Positions 13,291-26,700 of a stretch of DNA of 64,000 nucleotides are shown piece after piece. Position 1 is the first letter of the stretch. Each line of letters opens with the position of its first letter. Source of the stretch: Heptranchias perlo (taxonomy: Eukaryota). The DNA lies in contig NC_090340.1 in NCBI RefSeq assembly GCF_035084215.1, positions 5,580,001 to 5,644,000 on the forward strand, in the 5' to 3' direction. The position numbers and the translations under genes are program-made. The notes beneath the pieces are model-generated. The model searched no databases and was not told the DNA's origin. It worked only from the letters and a program-made list of their open reading frames with translations.

Positions 13291-14889
13291 GAGTGGGATA
13301 TTGGGGCATGTTTCTCTCAGTCAATGAGATATGTGGGAAGTGGTTTGATTATGTTTGGCTGTTGGAGCACAATTTCGCAAACAGTTACCCTCTGCCTTGG
13401 CCTCGGTGTTTTTTTCTGTTACTGTTTCCGCATTGAGGGGTTTGTCTGGCTGGTTGGTAATGGTGATGGACAGAGGGGAGGCGGGGTGTGGTGTCAGGAC
13501 GTGTATAAGATGTTCCATAATAATATGGGACAGGCTTGGCAGAGCTGCTGTTCAATTCCTCGCCTTCGTTTTTCGGATGTTCCACTTCTAATACAGACGT
13601 GCCCCTGTAACAAAGAAGAGCAATTCCTTATGAACTGCTGCTGCGCAATATATTCATCAATTGCCGAAGGAACTCTACTCCGATCGCGAGGACCAGCATT
13701 GATGCAGGCACGAGTAGAACAGGGAATTTGCTGTATTATTTATTTTAATGGGGGTTCCAGATCTCCAACCTTAACTTTAGCGGAAATCAAGAAAAAACAT
13801 CGTAAACGATAGAAAGATCCAAAGCGAAGATTACTGGCGTTTGTGAATACCTCAGGGTGGCCGGCAGAGACTTGTACTGGCAGTAAACACTAACATTATT
13901 CAACATAAGTATTTCCTCTACTTTACCTGATTGTCGTTATACATATGCTGCAAGTCAACGTGCACTTACGCAGAAAACAACATTAAAAGTCGACAGTAAA
14001 ATGACCATCTATTTTTTTCTGTCCAAATCAAGGAATTGGAATGTAGAAATTATGGGTCAACCGAACTATTCCTTTGATCTTAGGGATTTCCCCATTAATT
14101 AAGTGGTAGCATGGGCCAGAATTTACCGTGGACGGTGACCGAACGACGTTCGGACGTTCGTTAGACTTGCTCTTGGCTAGGAGGCTTTACGCTGAAAGTT
14201 GCTGTAAGTGTAAGATGGAAACGGCTCTGGGCGCTCGACGGGGCACCTGGGTTCAGAGCGAACAGGACAAGCAATTGTGTATCTCCTTTGCCAATCAGAT
14301 TGAAGGATTGTGAAATGAACAGCGCAGAGGCTCAACTAGGAAGTGCAAGGCAGAATAATGAATTCACTGTCAAATCAGATAAGGAAAGCGAAGGAAAAAA
14401 GATTGCATTACGAGAGACCGAAAAGCGACAGAAAGAAAAATAAACATTTTTTAAACAATATATTTTTTTTTCAAAATTTCCAACAATAATTAAAGCATAA
14501 AAGCGTAAGATTTCATGCTTGAAATCGAAATCTCCAGCTATCTCAGGGGATAAAACTAACACTCTGAATTTATATGCGGCCGTTAAAAAGCCGTTTCAGC
14601 GACTCCAACACCCACTGGAATAACCCTCCCCCTTACAAATTATAAACTGTAATCCATCTGGATCCTGTCCAATGATGGATTGTCTCTTGCATTTGTGCTC
14701 ATCAAACGGAGGAAATAAATTTTAATTCTAGTTATGTAACGTCAGCATCAAATACTCTGAGGTCAGGTGTAGCGCAGGTAATGCTGCAACTTCCAAATAG
14801 CGCCGCCACTGTTCCAGAGTAACATTTATTTATTCTTATTGTGATTTATCAAATAATAGATTGTAAACAAAGATTGGCATTTAAAACTG

Positions 14890-17380
14890 TAATTTAGAAA
14901 TGGGAAGCATTCAAAGAGGACAGTGTTCGAGTATAGACTAGGCACATTCCAACGAGGCCGAAAGGAATGTCAACCAAAGCTGTAGCGTTTTGGATAACTA
15001 AAGATATAGAGATTAAAATGAAACAAAAAAGGACGCTTATGATAAACATCAGATTGATAATACAGTAGAGAATCAAGTAGAATACAGAAATTACAGAGTA
15101 GTACAGAAAAAGAAATTGACTGGGGCAAAGGGAGTGCAATGGAAAAGATTAGTGGGCAACAAAAAAGGAACACTTGATTATTTCATATATATAAAGAGTA
15201 ACAGAACAGTCAAAGGAAGATGAGGCTGATTAGAGACCAAAGAGGAGATTTTCTAAAAGTGGCAGACGGCATGGCAGAGGTACGAAATAAGAACTTTACA
15301 TCTGTCTTCACAAAACAAGCGGATGCTGTCAATGTCACCGTAAAGATGGAAGTAGTAGAGAGATTCGCTAGGATACAATGGATAAACAGGAGGTAATTAA
15401 ATGGTTGGCAGCACTAAAAATAGAAAAGTAACCAGGTCCGGATGGGATGCAACCCAGGTTGCTGAGGCCAGTATGGGTGGAAATAGCGGAGGCCCCAGCC
15501 ACAATCTTTCGATCCTATGTTGATATGGGACTGATGCCAGAGGACTAGAGGATTGAAAATGTTACACCCATGTTCAAAATAGAGAGAGGTACAAATCCGG
15601 CAATTACCGGCCAGTCAGATTGTGGTCGGTAGAGAGGAAAGATTTATTGATAACAAACCTGGACAAAATTAATTGTCACTTGGAAAAACATGGGTTAATA
15701 AATGACAGCTAACTTAGATTTGTTAAAGGCCTGACAAACTTGGTTGAGTTACATAATGAAATAGCTTGGAGGTTTGTTGAGGGTAGAGGGGTTGATGTTT
15801 GGACTGCAGGAAGATATGAATGGACTGGTCAGGTGGGCAGAAAAGTGCCAAATGGAATTCAATCCGGAGAAGTGTGAGGTAATGCACTTGGGGAGGGTAA
15901 ACAAGACAAGGGAATACACAATAAATGGGAGGATACTGAAAGGTGCAGAGGAAGTGAGGGACCTTGGAGTGCATGTCCACAGACCCGTGAAGGTAACCGG
16001 ACAGGTAGATAAGGTGGTTAAGAAGGCACATGGAATACTATACTTTATAAGCCGAGGCATAGAATATAAGAGCAGGGAGGTTATGCTGGAACTGTTTCAT
16101 ACATTGGTTAGGCCACAGCTTGAATATTGTGTGCAGTTCTGGTCACCACATTACTGGAAAGATGTAATTGTACTATAGGGGGTACAGAGGAGATTTACGA
16201 GGATGTTGCCAGGGCTGGAGAATTTTAGCTTTAAGGAAAGATTTGATAGGCTGGGGTTGTTCTCTTTGGAACAGAGGAGGCTGAGGGATGATTTAATTGA
16301 GGTGTACAAAATTATGAGGGTCCTCGTTATAGTGAATAGGAAGGAACTATTTCCATTAGCAGTGAGGACAGTACCCAGGGGGCATAGGTTTAAAGTGATT
16401 CGTAGAAGGATTAGATGTAAGCTGTGCAAGAAAACTTTCACCCAGTCGGTGGTAGGCGTCTGGAACTCACTACCTGAAAGGGTGGTAGCGGCAGAAAGCC
16501 TCAACTCATTTAAAATGGTCCTGGATGTGCACCTAAAGGGCCATGACCTACAAGGCGACGGGCCATGTGCTGGAAAGTGGGACGAGGTTGTGTGGCTCAT
16601 TTTCGGCCGGCACAGACACGATGGACCCAATGGCCTACTTCTGTGCCGTAAATTTTCAATCGTTCTATGATTCTATATTGTTAACACGGACTTTCAAATG
16701 GCGTTAGATAAAGTGTCATATATTCGACCTGTTAGCAAAATTGAAGCCCATGGGATTAATGCGCACATGGAAACTTGGATATGAAATTGGCGAAGGGACT
16801 GAAAGCAGAGAATAGTGGTGAACGGTTATTTTTCGGAATGTAGGATGATGTCACATCGGGATGGTATTAGCACCACTGCTATCTTTGATATATATATATT
16901 AAGGACCAGGACTTGAGTATACAGGGCATAATTTCAAAGTTTGCAGATGATATGAAACTCGGCAATGCAGCAAGCAGTGACGAGTATAGTAGCGGACTTC
17001 AGGAGGACAGAGACAGACTGGAAAAAATGGCAGATGAAATTTAATGCAGAGCAGTGTGAAATGATGCATTTGGGAAATAAGAACGTGGAGAGGAACTATG
17101 AACTAAATGGTTCAAATTTATAGGGGGTGCAGGAACAGAGAGACCTGGTGGATGACGTGCTTTGAAGGTGGCAGGACAAGTTGATGAAGCTGTAAAAAAA
17201 CATGCTGGGCTTGATAACAGTTTAGTGTACAAAAGGAAGGACGTTTTGCTAAACCTTTATAAAACACTGTTAGGCCTCAGCTGGTGTATTGTGTCCAATT
17301 CTGGACACCACGCTTTAAGAAGAATGTCAAGACCTTCGAAATAGTGCAGATGAGATTTAATAGACTGGTATCAGGGATTT
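14890..17380 (+). mobile_element. CR1 ORF2 fragment with a younger CR1 3' end nested at ~15800-16675
   Basis: PGPDGM, NYRPV, then ORFs 15774..16178 and 16203..16670 with a TTCTATGA tail, then the older RT resumes. Confidence 0.85.
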
Positions 17381-17459
17381 AACTTGCTGTCTGTAAAATA
17401 AAGCACAGTGTCAGATTATCGTAGTTTTATCTACTGCTTGCTATCGATTTGAGCTCGTT

Positions 17460-18900
17460 AATATGGTACAATTGAATAACCTTTTCATTCCTTTTCCTGT
17501 ATACTGTATTAAATACACACCCAGATTTGCTCTGTATACTACGGGGAAGAGTCTTTTCCATTTACGCTCAAATACGTGATCTCGCTTCGCATAATTCAGA
17601 ACCATAACTAAATCTCCTACCTCATTCAGAGGGTTTTACTTCTTTGTGGAAATACCTTTTAACCTGATTTTTAGAAATCCCAATGTTACTTGCCGCAAGT
17701 CGGTTAGTTTCGTTTACATATTTCACCGTCTGAATTAACCATTTCCTTCCGATCATTCCCAACAACAACAGTTGCTGTGGGCACTAAAATGTGTCCTGGT
17801 GTGAGCATCAGTCTACCCGTGATGGTGAGATACCTATAATGGCAGGAGGGATTGATTGAATTTCTATAAGACACATGGGCAGCATGTTTACCCATTGAGT
17901 GGGGTGATCTGCAGAAAAAACTTCTTTAGCATAGTTTTTAATGTCTGATTTGCTCTTTCTACCTCACGCGACGATTGTGGGCGATATGAGATGTTCAGTT
18001 TGTGCTCTGTTTTCATGAGCTTTTGGAGTTCAGTAAAGATGTTGCCTGTGAAATGTGACCCTTGATCATTATCTATTATATCCGTGCTCCCCAATGCAGA
18101 TCAGCTCAATCAACAATATTCGAGTTGCAGTAATAGCTGTGTTGGTCCTACATGGAAATAATGCCATCCACTTTGTGAATTTATAAATAATGACCAAACA
18201 ATGCAAATAGCCTGAAGGCGCCTGGTATAAAGGGCCTATGAAATCAATCTGTAAATGCGTCCAAGGTCCTTCGGGTGTGGGGGTGGAGTGGTGGTGGGAG
18301 GGTGGGTGGTGTTGGTGGGTGCACCTCGAAGAAAAGCACGCTTGATGTGTAAGGCTGGATTGTGTTGTGGGCACAGTAAACATCGCGCGACACGGTGAAT
18401 GAAGTCGTCTTTGCATTCAGGCCACCTTGCAATTTTTTGAATTTAATGCGCTGTGGTGTCTGCAGAAAAATGACCACCCCCGGCATGACCGTGGAACATG
18501 TCAAAGAATCCTTCAGCCATAGTCTGGGGAATACACACAATTGGAAAATATTTTGCCGTGAGTTGATACATGAGTAAGGATTGTGCATTATCGCCAAGCG
18601 TGGTTTCGTGAGACCATGGTGTGGGTTGAGATAGTAGTTTATTTTCTTGGTGCCAAACCATGGTTTGCTCATACAATGACCTGGACATTTGTAGGATGTG
18701 TCAGTCTAACGTGACTGTATGACTAGCTGTGGCACAGATACGGCCCTTGGAAAATGGAACAAAACGATACCCGGTGTGGGCGGCCTTTTTGGCAGCCTTG
18801 TTGGCTTGGCAATTACCGACTGAGCGTTAATCGGTTCCTTTGGTGTGGGCCTTCACCCCATTTACTAGTAATTTCGCATCAAAGGTGTGGTAGCTATTCT
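17460..18900 (-). mobile_element. Degraded LTR-retroelement/endogenous retrovirus pol: RNase H C-terminus, integrase, GPY/F-like tail
   Basis: Minus-strand motifs KWVKAHTKG..GNCQANKAAKKAA (18779-18862), HGHAGGGHF, GPWTHLQIDFIGPL, DNDQGSHFTG, YRPQSSREVERANQTLKTMLKK, VGDLVMV...KWKRLFPVV; many frameshifts. Confidence 0.88.
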
Positions 18901-19549
18901 TGCAATACGGAGGAAGTGACAAATATAGTATTGATGGTGCTGATTGATGTGCTGTTTTGCAGCACATCCTATTCAGCCGAGCATAAAAGCAAATGGAAAC
19001 ATTCTAGTGCTGACCACAAGCCAAAAAGTGCAATTTGCAGATTTTATCGGTAAACTGCAGAATCGCTAGTGCTCTTTACAGCCAATAACAAAATAAACCA
19101 GTCCTTCTCTCAGAAAGAGCATATCAATTCAATACTAAGCTCAGCTCATCCATTAGCTCCGGTTCGGTGACAATTGTGCAGCAATGGACTGCAGCCATCG
19201 CTGATACACGCCTTCTCTGACCCATGCAATGCCCTGGCTGATGAGGGTTATTGAGCAAAATGAAATATTCGTTATGGCTTTCTCTTGAGTTCCCGCCGAT
19301 GTTTCGCCCTTCTTGCGGCGGGAGTTGGGAGGAAACGCTGCGGAAAATCCAGGAAAATGAATTGACACAAATGCTGAAGAACGGCTTTTTCTGCTACACC
19401 AATTAAATACACAGGACCGTAATTTACAATAAATGACAATAGTTTTATATTTTAAGTCTACGCACATTAACCCGATGCATGAGGCAAGTATTTCTTTAAA
19501 TTTAAATTGCTGATTCGTGTCAGTTGCTAACTTAGCCTTGGGACGATCC

Positions 19550-20960
19550 TAGAATCATAGAATCAAAGAATCGTTATAGCACAGAAGGAGGATATTCAGC
19601 CCATCGAGTCCTTGCCGACTCTTTGTAAGAGCAAACCAGTTAGTCTCATTAACGAGCGCTTTCCCCTTAGCACTGCAATTCTTTCCCGACATATATTTAT
19701 CCAATTCCGTTTGGAAAGCCACGATTGAATCTGCTCCCAACATCCTTTCTGGCAATGAATTCCAGATCATAACTACTCCCTGCGTAAAAACGTTTTTCAT
19801 CAAGTCGGCTTTGGTTCTTTTGCCAATAACCTTAAATCTGTGACCTCTGGTTTGCGAGACTTCCATCAATGGGAACAGTTTCTCTTTATTTATGTTATCT
19901 AAATTCTTCATGACTTTGAATACTTCTATCAAATCTACTCTCAACCTGTTCTGCTCTAAGGAAAACAACCGCAGCTTCTCCATTCTACCCACATAACTGA
20001 AGTCCTACGTCCCCGGAACCATTCCAGTTAATCTTTTCTGCACCCTCTCTAAGGGCTTCACATCCTTCCTAAAGTCTGGTGCCCAGAATTAGACACAATT
20101 CTCCAGTTCTGGCCGACCAGTGGTTCTTCATAACTTCCTTGCTTTTCCACTCTGTGCCTCTCTTTATAAAGCCTAGGATCCCGTATGTTTTTTTTAATCG
20201 CTTTCTCAACCTGCCCTGTCACCTTCAAAGATTTGTGCACATGTATCCCCAGGTGTCTGTGGTCCTGCACCCACTTTAGAATGGTACCATTTAGTTCATA
20301 GTGCATCTCCTCATTCTACCTGCCAAAATGTATCACTTCGCACTTCTGTGCATTAAACTTCATCTGCCATATGTCCGCCAACCTATCTATTCCCTCTTGA
20401 AGTCTATTATTATCCTCCCCACTGTTTAATAGACTTCCAAGTTTTGTGTTATCTGCAAATTTTGAAATTGTGCCCTGTGGACCCAAGTTCAAGTTATTAT
20501 AATATATCAAAAAAAGCAGTGGTCCTAGTACCGACGCTTGGGAACACTACTGTATGCCTTCCTCCAGTCCAAAAAACAATCGTTCACCACTACTCTCTGT
20601 TTCACGTCACTTAGCCAATTTCGTATCCACACTGCAACTGCCCCTTTTACTCCATGGGCTTAAATTCTGCTGACAAGCCTATTATGTGGCAATTAATGTG
20701 ACTATTAATTTTGTCCCAGATTATCGTTTCTAAAAGCTCCCCGCCATCGCGGTTAAACTGAATGGCCTGTAGTTGCCGGGTTTACTTTGCACTCCTTTTT
20801 GAACAATTGTGTAATATTTGCAATTCTCCATTCTCTGGCACCACCCGTGTATCTATTGAGGATTGGAAATTAGGGTCAGCACCTCTGCAATTTCCACCTT
20901 TAATTCCCTCTGCAACCGAGGGTGCATCCCATCCGGATCGGGTGAATTATCTATCGCTAA
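19550..20960 (-). mobile_element. CR1 fragment
   Basis: ORFs 19555..19992, 20058..20306, 20316..20510 (KFADNTKL). Confidence 0.9.
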
Positions 20961-21339
20961 ATAAGTTGAGGTCGTCTTTATTGTACCACCTTCTTCGTGA
21001 GACGGTCAACGTTGCAATGTATCATTGACAGCGAATTGTAAAAGGAAATTCTCCACGAAATGGTATTTAAATTTAAATGTTGCCCAGGGGAACCTGTTGA
21101 TCCAATGGATTCAATTTTCGCCAATGATTCGCTGAAGATATTGCGGGAGTTCAGGAAACAGAAATTGCGAAAAAGCTACCCATTTTCATGTTGGTTTATA
21201 GGCTAAAGGGGTAAGTTCAACTTCTGGTGATAGAATGCACAGGTTTACACTGTTCTTAAACGGCGGACCAAGTAATTTTCGAGAAACAGTTTCAAGTGAC
21301 TCAATTTGAGAAATGTACACCTCAATTGTATGTCATTGG

Positions 21340-22900
21340 TACATAGGAACAGTAATAGCCTATTTAGTCTCTCCAATCTGTTCCAACATTCAATGTCATA
21401 ATGGATTATCTGTATCCTGACTCCATGCATCCGCCATGGCTCTATAAACTTTAATACCCATGGCTAGCAAAAATGTATCGATATCAGATTTAAAATCGTT
21501 TAATACATGTGCTGCGTTCTATGCAAGAGAGTTCGACACTTCTACGAACATTGCGTGAAACAGTGTATCCTAACTTCTCTCCTGAATGGCGTGGCTCTGA
21601 TTTTAAGGTGATGTCCCGTCGCCCGAGACTCCCCCAACAGCAGAAAACGTTTATCTCTACCTACCCTATCAATTCTTTTCAAAATCATAAAAACCTGAAT
21701 GAAATAACTTAACCTTCTGTTTTCCAGGGAATACAAGACTAATTCATGCAATCTCTCCAACTAATCAAACACTTGGAGCACTGGCAACATTCTGGTGAAT
21801 GTACACCGCACTCCTTCTAAGGCCAATATATCCTTTCTAAGGTGCAGTGCCTAGAACTGTACAGAGTAATCCAGAGGTGGACTAACAAGGGCTTTGTATA
21901 CCTGTAGCAATAATTCCTCACTGTTATATTCTAGCCCTCCAGTTATAAAGGCTAACATTCCATTCGCCATTTTTGATTTATTTTTGCACCTGGCTACTAC
22001 ATTTTAGTGATCTGTGTATATGGGCCCCTAAATCTCTCTGGACCTCCACTGTTCCTAACTTTTCAAGGTTTGAAAAATGCTTGGATCTCTCATTGTTTGG
22101 TCCAAATTGGATGACCCCACACTTTCCTGCATTGAATTCCATACGCCACAGATTTACCCACTAACCAAATCTTTCAATATTTGTTTGTAATTTTATGCTC
22201 CCGTCCACACTTTTTACTGTGCCAACAATGTGCCATTGTATCATCAGCAACTTGGATATATGTTTCTCAATTGTGTTATCTAAGTCATTAATAAATGCAG
22301 TGAATATTTGAGGCCACAGCACAGATCGTTGTGGGAAACCACTAGTCACTTCCTTCCAATTCGAGTACATAGCCATTATCCCTACTCTCTGTCTTCGACC
22401 GCCTAACCAATCTCATAACGAGGTCAATAATTTGTTTTCAATTCCATGAGCTTTCATTTTTGCTAACAGTCTCTTACGTGAAACCTTTTCAAGTACCTTC
22501 TGGAAGTCCATACAAACTATTTCCATAGACAGGCCCGTGTCTACTACTTTATTCACTTCCTCAAAAAGTTCAACTAGATTCCTGAGACATAACCTCCTCT
22601 TTACAAATCCGTATTAGCTCTCTCCAATCAGCTCATTTTTTTCTGAGTGCTCAGTTACCCTGTCCTTAATTATTTCAATAACTTCCCCTCAACAGATGTT
22701 CGACGACGAATTATATAATTTCCTGATTTCGCTCTCTCTCACCTTTCTTAAATAATGGAGTTGCATTTGCAACTTTCCAATCGAAAGGCACAATTCTTGA
22801 ATAGAGAGAGTTTTCGAAGATTGTGGCTAAATCATATGCATTTCATTACTTACTTTCTTTAAAACCCTGGCGTGGAAACCGTAAGGTCCTGGGCAGTTGT
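21340..22900 (-). mobile_element. Older CR1 fragment
   Basis: SGFPQRSVLWPQIF..FINDLD; RT C-terminal motifs. Confidence 0.85.
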
Positions 22901-23519
22901 CCAATAGTTTATTTAGTGCCCCGGAGATCAGAACGATTTTATAGGCCAAGCCTCATGTCTTAGCGGGCTGATTCTCCAGGTGCGGGGCATCTCACACTGG
23001 CACTGCTTGTCTCCAGTTATTTCTCCATTAAATTTGGAAATTGACTGACGAGCTGTATTGCCAATTTAGTCTTAACCTGGCGTAACTGTAGCTGCAGAGT
23101 TCATAATAAAATGACAAATTTCCATAGTCCATATAATGCCCATAAATTTGTAATAATAACCCGAGGATAAATTCGAAACTCTACACATTTATTACATCTA
23201 TATTCAATTACCTCCTCTACCACAATCTATACGTGCCATTCGATCGGGTAATTTTGACACTATCCAAGAATCTATGGGACTTCCTCCCGTCCAAAATTTT
23301 ACTTGTTACACGAATGAACCCGATTGATAGAACCTTTAGTACTCAAGCGATCCTCTTCAGGTCAACCAAGCAAACATTAAACAGATTCTTCAGAATCAAA
23401 AATAGTAAAGACTTGCAATATTCGTCCTTCGTGGCGGGCGAAGTGACGATGAATTATGAACTTGCGAGCTCATGTATAATTTTAATAAACTCCCCCTACT
23501 TTTGCTGTAACTGCAGCTT

Positions 23520-23645
23520 CCTAGTTCCTGTTACCGGTTCTGATCACAGCTACACCAGCAAATCTTAGTATAAGGGGCATGTCTTTCTTCACTTTGCACC
23601 ACTCCGCAACAAAACAGTAATGTGGTATTTGACGTCACAGATAAT
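23520..23645 (+). promoter_or_regulatory. Candidate proximal promoter with ETS, RUNX, CRE and GATA motifs
   Basis: TTCCTG 23525-30, TGTGGT 23621-26, palindromic TGACGTCA 23630-37 and AGATAA 23639-44, all within ~220 bp upstream of the ATG. Motif matches only. Confidence 0.45.
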
Positions 23646-23744
23646 TATGAAATTATATTAGATACACAGCCGCCCATTCTCCAAATCTTCACCCATTCGG
23701 TTCTCAGTCACAAAGGAATATACACTGTACTTTCAGTGCAGGAT

Positions 23745-23799
23745 ATGTCTATGAGTGTGGCATTTTGGATCATTTGTTCCTTGGGCATTTTGTATCCAG
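23745..23799 (+). CDS. Exon 1: signal peptide
   Basis: ATG at 23745 (alternative 23751), hydrophobic MSMSVAFWIICSLGILYP, donor CAG|GTAGGC, phase 1 as is typical of IgSF leader exons. Confidence 0.8.
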
Positions 23800-26700
23800 G
23801 TAGGCTTCTACTTTTGTTGTTATCAATCAATCTTTCCTGAAAAAGGAACAGCGCATGAAGTCGAAATTACATTTGAGGTACAATTGGATATTGTTTTATG
23901 CTGGTTTAATTTGAAGTAATTTTATCATGTCCCTTGCCAAAGGGAAACATCAAGTTGAGAAAGGTGATGTTATTTATGGTTATTCAATGAGGAAACAATT
24001 TCAACAGATGGAGAATAATTCTCAGAGTTAGGTACATTCAATTATTAATGTATCAATGGATTGGATGGAAAATATTATTTTGGTGCTTCAGATCATCTTC
24101 CCTGTATATGAATTATTTAACCGTGTGGCTTCGTTTGTTGACAGTTACTGTGGACACTTCAGGCAAATTGTATCCGGATATTGTACAAATGAAGGCGCTA
24201 AGAGGTACGAACATTACCTTGAAATGTCCTTTTCCCTTCGATCGCAATTATTCAAACATAAAGGCTCACTGGTGGAGAGAGGGCAGCGCTACCTTGCTGC
24301 AAGAAGACAGTAGAAAACAGTTCCAAATAAAGAAAGGCTGCGCCTATCTTCATCTCCTGAATGTGACTGTCCTAGACAACGGGACGTATCGTTGTGCAAT
24401 TAACAATCAGAAGCAACGTTTTGGAAAAGGAACTCGAGTACAAGTTGTTGTATATGGTAAGTATCAGTGGAACTGGAAACGTGAAGAGTTTAGTTGCTGT
24501 CGATGCTCAAAATGCGTTTGAAATGGAATTCCAATAAGGAAATGCCCTGTGTGTAAAAGAGTACAGCTTTCAACTTGTTTATAACGACACGCGTTCAACA
24601 ATAAGGAAACTTTCCCACTTCCAGAGCCTCTGCAAAATGTGACAACTGACGTATATCTTCAATTGTTATTTAATGTTATGTTCATCAAGGGAAGTAAATC
24701 CAAGGCCGGGAACTAAAATGCTTCTTTCCAATTTTAGCACTAAGTATCCCTATGAAACACGTCGGGGTTATTTGCAATATTATAGGTGTTTAAAGGTCCA
24801 GTGGAAAGAAGAGGACAGAAGAGGAAGATTCCCATTCCCTCATTTAGACGGCGCACTTCCCGCTTCTGCGATCCAGATAAAATTCCTGAATCGGTGGAAC
24901 AGAGGAGACACACACGATAAATCAGGTGTCGTAGTCCAGACCAAGGTTTAAACTGGATCCTTTACGTGCAAATGAAGGAGATGATCTCGATGTAACAACA
25001 GAACGCGTTCTGTACTATTTCAAATGTTTAAGCGCAGCATGGCCATTCGTACACCATAATATTCATAAAAGAGGTCCAACTTTTCAAATAAATGTTCTTA
25101 AATTCAACAGGAATATGTCAGTACTGCTGGGGAGGAAATTGGGTAATACCTGTAGATACAGTGAAGAAAAAATAGGTTGAGTTGCAGTCAGGATAAATAA
25201 TAATTACAGATACAACTACGATGCCCCATCACAAGCATTCGTTAATTAATGAAAACAGAGTGTAGATAAGAGTACAGGCCAAATATTTTGCTTTATCTCT
25301 TTTTGTTCTTTACCATTTAGCTGTTCCCGCTCCGCTGAAGATTGTCACCATAACATCCGAAGGGGCTTCTTCCGCTTTTCTGCGACTCGCGTGCAGAACG
25401 GCTGCGTTTTACCCGAAGGACTTTAACCTCACCTGGCATAAAAATGGTACCAAAATCGTGACTGGAATTAGAACTGAACAAAAGGCAAATACAGAGGGAC
25501 TGTATGAAGTTATTAGCTCCATAGAAGATACACATCCAATTGAGCGCGGCACAATTTACACCTGTCAAGTATATCACGTTTCAAACTCAATTCCAGCAAG
25601 TGCCAGCTACACTGTTGGTAACGATGGTAATATTGTTGCACACGTGGTGCTTGTATCGATTCCTGTGTTTCTTCGCGCAGTAATTGAGTTTCCATCGCAG
25701 ATAGTGGGTAAATACAAGAAAATGCGGGAAGTGTTTCCTGCAGTTGTTTGCATATCATTCTGTCACCTCCGAAGTCTGGGTTTACTCCATCTCCCATCAA
25801 TCGGGTGAAGATTCCCTTTCTGTTGGGTATTGGGATATGATGAGAAATAATTTGGACACAAGCAATTTAGGGAAACGTGGACACCAGTACTCAGCATAGT
25901 TTCCATAATTTATGCTAACTGCCAAATAATTTTGCAATTTCACTCAGACAGGGCACGGTGAGGGATGATGCCGGAAACCGAACCATGCGTCATTGGGATT
26001 GGAATAGTATGTGAGGGTTGGAGGCATGGAGTGGCGGAATTGATGACTTTGACATTCCCGCAGCCATAACGCAATCCAAGGTCATTCCCCGCATCATCAG
26101 ATGCACAGTGCGGAGCCCTCGAAATTGCATTAAATATGGAATACATAGGTTGTTCTTGTGAAAAGATGGAAAAAGACTTCGTGAGAATTTGTTCCGAAAG
26201 GCAATTCTAGCGAATTTGTAAAAATGTCCCATTTTCTTTACGAGTTCGCCCTCAATCAGCAATTGTTATTTAATGTTATGTTTGTCAAGGAAAGTAGATT
26301 CAAGGCTGCGAACTAAAATGCTTCTTTCTAATTTTAGCACTAAGTATCCGTATAAAACATGTTGGGGTTATTTGCAATGTTATAGAAGTTTAAGGGATAT
26401 ATGAAAAGAAGAGGATAAAAGAGGAAGATTCCCATTCCCTCATTTAGAACACGCGCTTCCCGTTTCTGCGATCCAGATAAAACTCCTGAATCGCCTTTCG
26501 GTGAAACAGGCGAGACACACACGATAAATCAGATACCGTAGTCCAGACCGAGGTTCAAACTGGATCCTTTAGGTGCAGATGAACAAAATGTTCTCGAACA
26601 ACAGAACGCGTCCTGCACTATTCCAACTGTTTAGCACAGCATGACGATTCGTACACCATAAAATTAGTATGAAAGAGGCCCAATTTTGGAAATAAATTTT

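Larger units (their letters stand above)
370..23520 (+). repeat. Segmental duplication unit, copy A (upstream region of the receptor gene)
   Basis: Colinear diverged anchors with copy B: ~370-1830/38200-39670, 8630-9300/50020-50680, 10945-11990/50690-51790, 12420-14860/51797-57030 (minus the Penelope), 18950-19540/62350-63000, 22930-23520/63420-64000. Confidence 0.88.

Noticed and set aside
13141-13812. 223-aa ORF
   Set aside because: Overlaps a degraded CR1 end, has no domain, and is not preserved in duplicate copy B.
14700-14800. Shared ACGTCAGCAT motif block (also ~56910) as a conserved enhancer
   Set aside because: The whole region is duplicated, so sharing alone does not show constraint.
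24048-24521. 157-aa ORF as a single-exon gene or rearranged TCR/IgL V-J
   Set aside because: Its ends are intronic read-through with good splice sites inside; the ITIM tail and lack of RSS argue against TCR/Ig.
26104-26145. CACAGTG heptamer in intron 3 (also ~1730, ~10016, ~17404) as a RAG recombination signal
   Set aside because: No ACAAAAACC-like nonamer at 12 or 23 bp spacing in those checked, and none abuts the V exon; the V-J is germline joined.
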